From assembly GCA_963814325.1 (NCBI GenBank), contig CAWFCK010000016.1, positions 99,190 to 163,189 of the forward strand: 64,000 nt of DNA. The letters run 5' to 3'. The DNA is from an uncultured Flavobacteriales bacterium (lineage in GTDB: Bacteria; Bacteroidota; Bacteroidia; Flavobacteriales_F; PHOS-HE28). Of this stretch, positions 55,957 to 64,000 are shown one piece after another (positions within the stretch are counted from its first letter, which is position 1; each line of letters opens with the position of its first letter). Position numbers and translations under genes: made by a program. The notes below the pieces were generated by a model that was not told the DNA's origin, made no database searches, and was given only the letters and a program-made list of their open reading frames with translations.

Positions 55957-56811
55957 ATGCGCATCTTCGCCACCACCATACTATGCACGATCCTCGGAGC
56001 CTTCGGAGCTTCTGCACAGGATACCTTGGTCTATATGGACGGACGCCGGATCATCGGCCAGGTGGAAGAGGTCGGTGTGGATGTCGTCAGGTACCACACC
56101 TCATCCGCGGGTTCCAATGTGATCGTGGTCTCGGAGAGGCGTGAGTTGGCCAGGGTTGTCCTGCGTGATGGACAGCGATTCAATTTCGGCGTACCGGTGA
56201 TGGATGCGATGGCTTCGGAGGAATTCCTGGCCCGCAAACAGGCCGTCTCCGTGGATTTCATCGCACCTTCGTTGAGCCACGTGACCGTTGGATACGAACG
56301 TTCCATAGGCAGGCAGATGAGCCTTGCCGGTAAGGTGGGATACATTGGCCTGGGCGACTTCAGTCGCGTTAATAACCGGGAGAGCGCCAGCGGCGGTCTG
56401 GTCAACGTGGGCGTGAAGTTCATTCTGCCGCCCAACCGCAGGCGTGTCGCTAGTGCGCGCGATGCGCATCCATTGGCGGGCTGGTACTTGAAGCCTGAGC
56501 TGATGTTCAGCAGTTGGCGTAGTGAACAACGGTACTACTATAACTACGAGCTGTACGAATACAAGTTTCGCCATCACTACTCGAGCCTCGCGCTGAATGC
56601 GGTGGTGGGCCGCCAGGTGGTGATCGGTCAACGGCTCACGTTCGACATCTTCGGTGGGCTCGGCTATGGGCTGCAGTGGATCGATGGTGCGGTGGAATCC
56701 TTTAACAACTACCGCAGCGACCGCCAGGAGTACGCTTATTCCCACGCGTTCCTGGGCAACAACACCCCGCTCACGGTAAATGGGGGCATGATGTTCGGCT
56801 TCGCGTTCTAG
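55957..56811 (+). CDS. Hypothetical outer-membrane beta-barrel protein
   Basis: Signal MRIFATTILCTILGAFGASAQ. C-terminal aromatic ...MMFGFAF. Confidence 0.45.
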   Translation: MRIFATTILCTILGAFGASAQDTLVYMDGRRIIGQVEEVGVDVVRYHTSSAGSNVIVVSERRELARVVLRDGQRFNFGVPVMDAMASEEFLARKQAVSVDFIAPSLSHVTVGYERSIGRQMSLAGKVGYIGLGDFSRVNNRESASGGLVNVGVKFILPPNRRRVASARDAHPLAGWYLKPELMFSSWRSEQRYYYNYELYEYKFRHHYSSLALNAVVGRQVVIGQRLTFDIFGGLGYGLQWIDGAVESFNNYRSDRQEYAYSHAFLGNNTPLTVNGGMMFGFAF

Positions 56812-56838
56812 ACGGAGACCGGTGGCTAACTTCCCGCC

Positions 56839-58721
56839 ATGCGTCACCGGCATCAGGAAGAAGGTTTGAATGAAGTCCAGGCGGGTGCATCGGCACTTCC
56901 CGTGGTAAGGCGTCTGGCCCGTGACTTTGGGACGAGCGCAGGGTTTTGGATCTCGCGCAAGCAGACGGAGCGGATGCCGATGGTCGGGTGGTTCGATCCC
57001 GGACAGCTCGGCGCCACAGGTGTGAAAACGCTCTTCTCGCTGATCGTGGGCGAGCGATCGGACCGGCGGCTCATGCTCGCGCTCGCCAACAAACGCCGCG
57101 AGTACTACGACCACACCGTGCACTACCGCGATACCCCGCACGGTCCGCAGCGCGATGATGCGCGACCTCGCGAGGACCTGTGGATCGACTTCGTGTGCGA
57201 CACCGGCGACGGATGGAACCCGACCTATGCCATTGCCTACGCCGCCGCCCAGGAGCGTCTGCAGGTGAGCGATGGCCAGGGTGGCGTGCTCGACCTGCCG
57301 CGTGCAGACGTGCTCGTGTTCGGCGGCGATGAAGTGTACCCAACGCCCAGCCGTGAGGAATACCAGCGCCGCTTGGTGATGCCTTACTCGAAGGCCTATG
57401 GCGATGCATCGCCTGCCGACCGCCCGCATGTGTACGCGGTACCTGGTAACCATGATTGGTACGATGGCCTCAGCGCCTTCTCGCGCCTGTTCTGTTCGGA
57501 CGTCGGCGGACGCGACTTCGCAGGCTGGCACACGCGGCAGCACCGCAGCTATTTCGCGCTGAAGCTTCCGGGCAAGTGGTGGCTGCTGGGCAGCGACGGC
57601 CAGTTGCAGAGCGATCTGGACACCGGCCAGATCGACTACTTCCGCGAGATAGCCGAACACCAGATGAAGGCGGGCGATCGGGTCGATCCTCTGCCTGTCG
57701 ATACCCGTATGGACCTATGCGCACAAGTACCGCAGCATGGGCCGCGAGTTCGACGAGACCGATCTGTTGTACTTGCGCGATGAGGTGCTCGCACCACGCG
57801 GCATCGACGTCAAGGTGTACCTCACGGGTGATCTGCATCATTACCGCCGGCATGAGGAACTGAACGCGCCTGCCGGTAGCGGCTCACCGATCCAGAAGAT
57901 CACCGCAGGTGGCGGAGGGGCCTTCCTGCATCCTACGCACGAGGAGGACCTGTCGGTGCTCACCGAATCCACCAACGATCCGAAAGCATCGCCGCGGTCA
58001 TTCGCTCAGCGTGCTTCCTATCCCGACGCGCGCACTTCTTCGCGCCTGGCCTGGGGCAACTTGTTCTTCCTCTTCAAGAATCCCAAGGCGGGCATCGTGC
58101 CGGCGAGCATGTATCTGCTGACGGCCTGGCTGGCCGGTGCGGCCATAGGCGATGTGGTCCCGCGACATCCGGGCCATGCGTTAAAGCTCACGGGCGATGC
58201 CTTCGGTGGTCATCCTGGCCTGGCGATCTGGATGATCGCGTTCGTGGCGGGCTTCCTCGCCTTCACGGACACGCACAGCAAGGCGTATCGCGTCATCGGC
58301 GGCATGCTGCATTGCGCGGCGCATTGGGTGGCGCTCTTCTACATCGGCTGGGGCTCCGTGGTGGTCGCGGACCATTTTCTGCACGTCCATCCGTTCCTGC
58401 GGGCCACGGCCACCGGCGCCATGATCTTCGGAGGTGGCTGGGTCTTCGGTACCATGATCCTCGGCATCTACCTGCTCATCTCCATCAACGTCTTCGGTCG
58501 GCATAGCGAAGAAGCTTTCAGCGCCTTGCGGATCCAGGACTACAAGCACTTCCTGCGCATACGGATCAATAAGGAAGGCGGCGTCACCATCTACCCGATC
58601 AAGGTGGAGAAAGTGCCCCGTAACTGGCGGGATAGAAAGCCTGGCGAGCCCTCGAACAGTTTGGTGCAACCCGTTGATACCGCTGAAGGCCGAACTGATC
58701 GAACAGCCGATCGTGCTGGGT
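56839..58721 (+). CDS. Calcineurin-like metallophosphoesterase fused to a multi-TM C-terminal domain. Frameshift near 57690-57740. 3' end approximate
   Basis: VLVFGGDEVYP, AVPGNHDWYDG, LTGDLHHYRRH. Then hydrophobic helices (IVPASMYLLTAWLAGAAIG, LAIWMIAFVAGFLAF, MIFGGGWVFGTMILGIYLLISI). Confidence 0.6.
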
Positions 58722-58789
58722 TGAAGCACCCCTCGGGCACGGAAGGGTCACCTTTTGCCGTTCATGACATTCAGGGTAGCGACCACGGA

Positions 58790-59362
58790 ATGAGCGACAC
58801 GGACATCCTCGAATTGATCGACAGGGCCACGACCAGAAGGCCTTCGTCCGCTTGTATGCGCACTTCCCCAAGGTGGCACGGCTGGTGCGCGCCAACAGCG
58901 GCACCAAGGACGATGCGCGGGATGTGTTCCAGGATGCGCTCATCATCTTCCATCGCAAAGCCCGCTCCGCGGAGTTCCGGCTCACTGTCCAGCATCAGCA
59001 CCTACCTCTTCAGCGTGTGCCGGAACCTGTGGCGCGAGGAGTTGCGCAGGAGGAACAGATCGCTCACCAATGGGAAGTGGAGGACATGCCGGAGGAACCG
59101 GCCGACCTGGTCGGCGATGATGGCGCGGGAAGGCGACTATTCGCGGGCGGAACAAGCATTGCGCACACTCGGGGAGAAGTGCATGGAGCTGCTTAAGCGT
59201 TTCTACATCGCACACGAGCCGCTCATGGACATTGCGCGAACGCTCGGTCTTGCCGGTGAGGGCGCGGCGAAGACGCGCAAGTACAAATGCCTCGAAGCGG
59301 CACGCAAGCGCTTCCGCGAGTTGGCCGCAGGTACCGATCACATGGACCATCAACACGCCTGA
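58790..59362 (+). CDS. ECF (sigma-70 family) RNA polymerase sigma factor. About 3 frameshifts
   Basis: MSDTDILELIDRA... / DVFQDALIIFHRKARS / ISTYLFSVCRNLWREELRRRNR / ...LGEKCMELLKRFYIAHEPLMDIARTLGLAGEGAAKTRKYKCLEAARKRF (region 4 HTH). Confidence 0.7.
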   Translation: MSDTDILELIDRATTRRPSSACMRTSPRWHGWCAPTAAPRTMRGMCSRMRSSSSIAKPAPRSSGSLSSISTYLFSVCRNLWREELRRRNRSLTNGKWRTCRRNRPTWSAMMAREGDYSRAEQALRTLGEKCMELLKRFYIAHEPLMDIARTLGLAGEGAAKTRKYKCLEAARKRFRELAAGTDHMDHQHA

Positions 59363-59365
59363 GCG

Positions 59366-60343
59366 ATGCGCGATGAACTGCACGTGATGGAACTGGTGGA
59401 TCGCTACCTCGATGGTGACATGGGCAACACCGAACGGGCTGCGTTCGAAGAGCGCATGGGCGGCAATGCTGAGCTGGGCCTGATGGTGAACGACCAACGC
59501 GCGTTGCGCGAAGGCATGCTGCGCATTCACCTGCGACAGGCCGCGGTGGGTGCACGCCGCATGTGGCTGTTCAAGCGGATGCTCCCGTTCATCGCTGCGG
59601 TAGCGCTGATCCTCGGCCTTGCTGCATACGTGGTCCTGGGTAGTGAACGGAACGGTCATGGCGAAGAAGGTGCGCAGATCGAAGCGACCACGCCACGGAT
59701 GGTGGACACCTTCCCAGCCGCTGACAGCGCTGCGCCCTGTGAGTTGGAAGAGCTGAAGGTGGAGACGGTATTCGTGGAACACGGGCTGGACAGCCAGTTC
59801 GTGCATCAATATGTCCGCAACGAACCGATCGGTGCTTCGCAGATGAGTGCACCGGTCTCCAGCAGGGGCGAGGTTCCGAAGGAGAATGTGACGGATGGAT
59901 CGTTCGCCTATGACGTGCGAGCAAGCGTTGAGCATCCGGCACCTGCGGACTCGATAATGCAGGAGGAGGAGGCGACCATTCCCATCGGTGCAACGGTCAA
60001 GCCATTATTGGCCACCGTGGAACAACCCGGCAACGCTGATCACCAGCCCAGCTATCCTGGTGGATGGGGCGCCATGCACGATTTCCTGAAGGCGAACCTG
60101 CGTGTTCCAAGGAACCTGCGCGAGTCGCGTACGGTGTTGGTCAGCTTCGTGGTCGATCGAAAGGGCGATATCCGCGATGCGGAAGTGGTGGAGAGCGGTT
60201 CAACGAAGCTGGACAACGAGGCCTTGCGCGTGATCGCGTTGATGCCACAGTGGGTGCCGTGCAAGGTGGGCGACAAGCCCGTGAAGAGCAGGATCGAAGT
60301 GCCGATCCAGTTCGGTGGCGATGAACCCAGTGATCGGAAATGA
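59366..60343 (+). CDS. Anti-sigma-like membrane protein with C-terminal TonB_C domain
   Basis: N-terminal ELVDRYLDGDMGNTERAAFEERM (zinc-finger anti-sigma motif), TM FIAAVALILGLAAYVVL, C-terminal PSYPGGWGAMHDFLKANLRVP...VSFVVDRKGDIRDAEVVESGST.LDNEALRVIALMPQWVP. Confidence 0.6.
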   Translation: MRDELHVMELVDRYLDGDMGNTERAAFEERMGGNAELGLMVNDQRALREGMLRIHLRQAAVGARRMWLFKRMLPFIAAVALILGLAAYVVLGSERNGHGEEGAQIEATTPRMVDTFPAADSAAPCELEELKVETVFVEHGLDSQFVHQYVRNEPIGASQMSAPVSSRGEVPKENVTDGSFAYDVRASVEHPAPADSIMQEEEATIPIGATVKPLLATVEQPGNADHQPSYPGGWGAMHDFLKANLRVPRNLRESRTVLVSFVVDRKGDIRDAEVVESGSTKLDNEALRVIALMPQWVPCKVGDKPVKSRIEVPIQFGGDEPSDRK

Positions 60344-60349
60344 AACGGG

Positions 60350-61342
60350 CTACTTCAGCACCTCATCCATGATCCGGTCGAGGATGCTTTCGCCGAAGAG
60401 GATGTTCACGCCCACCATGCAGGTGGGTCCCGGTTCAAGCGGCAAGGGTGGTGTAAGGTCCTCCACACCCGGCCGTCCGAAGTCGATGCGGTGTTTCAGG
60501 AGGTACCCGGCCTCCGCGCGCAAGGCGAAGTGGTTGCTCAGTTTGTGCCGCAGGCCGATGAACGCCTTCAGTCCGGCGTAGTTCAGGTTGTAGCGCTCGC
60601 CCAGCGTTTCTATGCCGCTGCGACTTCCATCGAGGCCCAGTCCCATGTTCAGTCGGGTGCGTGTTCCCACTTTCCAACCGAACGATGCCTGCAGCGGCAA
60701 CACGTAGTTGAACGACCACTTCTTTCCGATCGGAGCGGATCCGCCGAGGAAGGGCACGGGCAGGAAAAGTCCATCGCTGTAGCCCGCCGCAAGGCCGTAG
60801 AAGAACTGTTTCCGCGCGCCCTTCACCTTCATCTTCCCGATCAGGCCGCCGAAGCGTGGCACCACGCGGTCCATGGTGCGGTCCTCCTCGCTGATGTTCA
60901 TATTCGCGCTCCAGAACAGCACGCGGAACCGTTTGGTCAAGCTCACCCCCAGCGCCCCAACGGACGCGGTGTGCAGCAGGCGCGTTCCGCCAAGTGCTTC
61001 ATCGAAGATCACCTGACGTGAGCCGAAGCGCATGTTCCCCATGACCTGCGAGGCGCGCACGCGAACACTGTTCAGCAGCAGGTCCTTCCAGCTGTCCGCC
61101 GTAAGATCCACCTGCGTTCCAACGCTGAAGGTGCTGTGGATCGGGAACGTGAGGATGGCGTTGGCAGCGCGATCCTCATAGGTGCCGGGACCTTCTCAAG
61201 CCCACCGCCGGCAGCCAGCGGCCCTCAACGCGCAGGCGAGGCCTGAAGAGCTGGTCGAACTGGTCGAGGTCAAAGGTTTGGGCGGAAAGTCCGGCACCGT
61301 TCCCAAGGACGAAAGACAGAAGGCAATAAAGCGCAACGACAT
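60350..61342 (-). CDS. Hypothetical outer-membrane protein. Frameshift near 61150-61200
   Basis: Signal MSLRFIAFCLSSLG (ORF 61196-61495) joined to the 253-aa ORF 60350-61111, which ends in a beta-barrel-like pattern. Confidence 0.4.
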
Positions 61343-62129
61343 GATATGTGACACGAGGGACAAAGGTCGATTGAAGACGGGAGCGCGAATGGAGGTCACT
61401 TGATCGATCAACGTACGGTGGGCGTTGAGCAGGGCATCATAGATACCGATATGGTGACTGAGCGGTGCTATTATCTTCATCATCGCAATGCGCATAGTGT
61501 CCCTGCTCGTCGCGGCATGCGCTTACTGCATCGGTCGCTGCTCAATCATCACATCGCGGGCTTGGGTTTGAGATGGGTGGAACCTACGCCCACTTCGGAC
61601 TGTCTGCGAAGGAGGACAACATCCTGGACCGGGAGCGCGGCAATGCTTTGGCCTTTTCCGCAGCCATGATGTGGCACGACTCGTTACGGACAGGTTGGAA
61701 GGGCGTCTCGCTGGGGGCAGGGAGCGAGGTTCTGTGGTGGGAAGAGGAACTGCTGATCCCGATATTCTTTCAAATGGAGGTACGACCATGGGCGCAAGCC
61801 AGACCGTTTTTCCAGATCCGGCCCGAGCGGATCAGCATCAACATGAGAAGGGGAGGAGTGGTCGGGGCTTGAAAGGAGACCAGCTACAGGTCAATTGACC
61901 GGGGGCCAATACCTCAAATGCGGCTTGCGATATGGGCTTAATAATGTCAGTAGGCGGTCCACCTGGCTGGAGACCGGTTCCGCAATGCTCGCCATGCGAG
62001 GGAATTACCTCGTAAGATCCGCAGGGTATGGAAGGAGGAGGACCCTGACTTCCTTTTCATTCAGTCGGCCTCGGCGTGGCTTGTGATGGGATATCCACCG
62101 ACGTCCACATATGGATTTCATAGAAGGAC

Positions 62130-62290
62130 TGATCACTTTGGGGCCACCGGCTTCCAGCCGATCCTGATCACTTTGGGGTCACCGGCTTCCAGCCGGTGCA
62201 GGTGTACCCAAGTCACATGTTCACGAGGCTGAGGCCGGAGCGGTTGTAGTACAAGACCCGGTTCACAGTTTCCAGCCGGTGCTGAGGAAC
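62130..62290 (+). repeat. Hairpin repeat array A: two 33-bp units gatcactttgggg(c/t)CACCGGCttccaGCCGGTG plus a third partial copy at about 62268-62300
   Basis: Read directly. The core is a 7-bp stem with a 5-nt loop. Confidence 0.8.
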
Positions 62291-62329
62291 CACCGGATCA
62301 GGCCGCGGATCCGAGAGCATTGCGCAATA

Positions 62330-62533
62330 TCACTGGCCTGAAGCCATTGACCTCTTCACCTTCTCACTGGCTGGAAGCCAGTGGCCCCTTCACCTTCACA
62401 CTGGCCGGAAATCAGTGACCCCTTCACCTTCACACTGGCCGGAAATCAGTGACCCCTTCACATTCGCACTTGCTGGAAGCCAGCGACCACGTGATCTTCA
62501 CTCTGGCTGCACGCCAGTGACACGTTAAGCGAT
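62330..62533 (-). repeat. Hairpin repeat array B: six tandem 34-bp units (CACTGGC-yggaa-GCCAGTG then ACCCCTTCACCTTC), related to array A in inverted orientation. The last unit overlaps the korB stop codon
   Basis: Units start at 62330, 62364, 62398, 62432, 62466 and 62500. Units 3 and 4 are almost identical. Confidence 0.8.
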
Positions 62534-63560
62534 CGTCCACGTATGCTCGCCCTTGAGCAACGCGTCCAGATCGCCGGGGCCCTTTCTTCTCCTTCGCCAT
62601 CTTCACCTGCGCGATCAGCTTCGTCCTCGTGCGTGGGCCGGTCGTTCACGTAGAACACGCCGAAGGGCCGCGGGCATGGCACCCTCCTGATGCGCGGTCA
62701 TCGAAGAGGCGCACGAGGATCGAGGCCTTGAAGTTGTCGCGCTCGTCGTGGATCCAGCAATCGTTCGGCGAGAAGTCCGGACCGATGTCGATGATGCGCG
62801 GCTTCATCTCGTTGATGCAGATGCCTTTGGTGCCACCGGCGAAGGTCAGCGGCTTGCCCTGCTCCACGAAGAGCGTGTGTACCGGCTTGGTGGCCTTCTC
62901 CGTGAAGACCTCGAAGGCACCGTCGTTGAACACGTTGCAGTTCTGGTAGATCTTCCACAAGCTGAGTGCCGCGGTGCGCATCGGCGCGGGCAAGCACTTC
63001 GCGCATGTGCTTCGGGTCGCGGTCCATGCTGCGGGCGATGAAGGTGCCATCGGCGCCTTTCACCAACGCGAGCGGATTGAAGGGATGGTCCGTGCTGCCC
63101 ATCGGCGTGCTGCGCGTCACCGCACCTTCCGGACTGGTCGGGGAATACTGGCCTTTGGTGAGGCCGTAGATCTCGTTGTTGAAGAGCAGCACGTTCACGT
63201 CCACGTTGCGGCGCAGCAGGTGGATGATGTGGTTGCCGCCGATGCTCAGCGCGTCGCCATCGCCGGTGATCATCCACACGCTGAGCTCGGGGCGGACGCT
63301 GCGCAGGCCACTGACGATGGCGGGCGCGCGGCCGTGGATGCCGTGCAGGCCGTAGGTATCGAGGTAGTAGGGGAAGCGCGAGGAGCAGCCGATGCCGCTG
63401 ATGAAGACCACATCCTCCTTCTTCTTGCCGCTCTGTTCGAGCAAGCGTCTGCACCTGCTTCAGGATGCTGTAGTCGCCGCAGCCGGGGCACCAGCGCACT
63501 TCCTGGTCGCTGGAGAAGTCGACCTTCTCCGGGCCTGACTCGGCAGTCAGTCGTGCTCAT
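62525..63560 (-). CDS. korB: 2-oxoglutarate:ferredoxin oxidoreductase beta subunit (TPP-binding). About 4 frameshifts
   Basis: MSTT / ...[23 protein letters not shown] / [15 protein letters not shown]..., [12 protein letters not shown], ...[14 protein letters not shown] and the C-terminus ...[21 protein letters not shown]-stop recovered across frames. Confidence 0.8.
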
Positions 63561-64000
63561 GCCGTTCCGTTCGTGGTGCTCATGGCGTTCAACAAAGGTT
63601 GAGCGCACCGCGCGGATCTCTTCGCTCGTGAACGGCATGCCCTGGATCTTGTTCAAGCCTTGTGCATCCACCAGGAATTCGCCGCGCAGCATCTGGCGCA
63701 GTTGTCCGCTGTTCATCTCGGGCACCAGCACCTTCTTGTACTTCTTCAGCAGCGGCCCAAGTCCCTTGTTGAAGGGGAACATGTGGCGGATGTGTACGTG
63801 CGCCACGCTCTGCCCTTCTTGCTGCAATTGCAGCGCGGCCGTGCGGATCGCACCGTACGTGGATCCCCAGCCGACGATCAGCAATTCACCTTCCGCAGGA
63901 CCGCTGTCCAAGCGGATGGGCTTGAAGCGATCAGCGATGCGCGCGACTTTCTCCGCCCGCAAGCGCACCATCTTCTCGTGGTTCGCGGGATCGTAGCTGA
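63558..64000 (-). CDS. korA: 2-oxoglutarate:ferredoxin oxidoreductase alpha subunit, C-terminal part (continues beyond the window)
   Basis: ...LLIVGWGSTYGAIRTAA...VAHVHIRHMFPF...VLVPEMNSGQL...IQGMPFTSEEI. The stop appears to overlap the korB start (ATGA). Confidence 0.7.

Noticed and set aside
61573-61872. 99-aa ORF in the gene-poor interval
   Set aside because: No signal, motif, partner or plausible ribosome-binding context. Retained only as part of the unassigned-region finding.
62130-62533. Possible CRISPR array
   Set aside because: The repeats are contiguous with no unique spacers, units are 33-34 bp with internal hairpins, and no cas genes are nearby. I call this a hairpin repeat array, not CRISPR.
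1-64000. tRNA, rRNA, integrase, transposase and restriction or toxin systems
   Set aside because: I scanned intergenic regions for T-loop-like GTTCGA(A/G)TCC motifs and scanned all ORFs for DDE/tyrosine-recombinase signatures. None were found.

Overview
This is a high-GC (roughly 60-65%) chromosomal window from a gliding member of Bacteroidota. The gldB-gldC pair, two T9SS C-terminal sorting domains and a DUF4296 lipoprotein support that placement. Gene content is mostly housekeeping. The centrepiece is a complete division/cell-wall (dcw) cluster on the minus strand: mraZ-rsmH-ftsL-ftsI-murE-mraY-murD-ftsW-murG-murC-ftsQ-ftsA-ftsZ-yqeY (about 33.9-50.7 kb), without murF or ddl. Other recognisable genes are tyrS, trmB, nadE, engB, a glycine-rich RRM protein, korA/korB (partial at the 3' window edge), two histidine kinases (one with an OmpR-type regulator), a Na/Pi cotransporter, a TonB-dependent receptor, an ECF sigma/anti-sigma pair and a secreted NucA-like nuclease. 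Two very large tandem-repeat cell-surface proteins are present: a partial one at 1-6010 with a T9SS type-B C-terminal domain, and one at 26217-29542 with a type-A C-terminal domain. No tRNA, rRNA, CRISPR array, integrase or transposase was recognised. A dominant technical caveat is that about 30 single-base frame disruptions interrupt otherwise well-conserved genes, including essential ones (ftsI, murE, mraY, murD, rsmH, mraZ). I read these as indel errors from an error-prone assembly, not as pseudogenes, and give gene coordinates as merged spans. The most unusual structures are: (i) two opposed arrays of 33-34 bp hairpin repeats filling the gap just downstream of korB; (ii) a diverged extra copy of the MurD C-terminal domain between murD and ftsW; (iii) a remnant of the 3' end of a luxE-like gene duplicated on either side of an orphan secreted-protein gene; (iv) an in-frame internal deletion in a dihydroorotase-like gene; (v) near-identical 474-bp tandem repeats in the giant adhesin. 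I see no clear novel multi-gene system (for example a defence system); the hairpin-repeat element and the gene-remnant mosaics are the best candidates for something undescribed.
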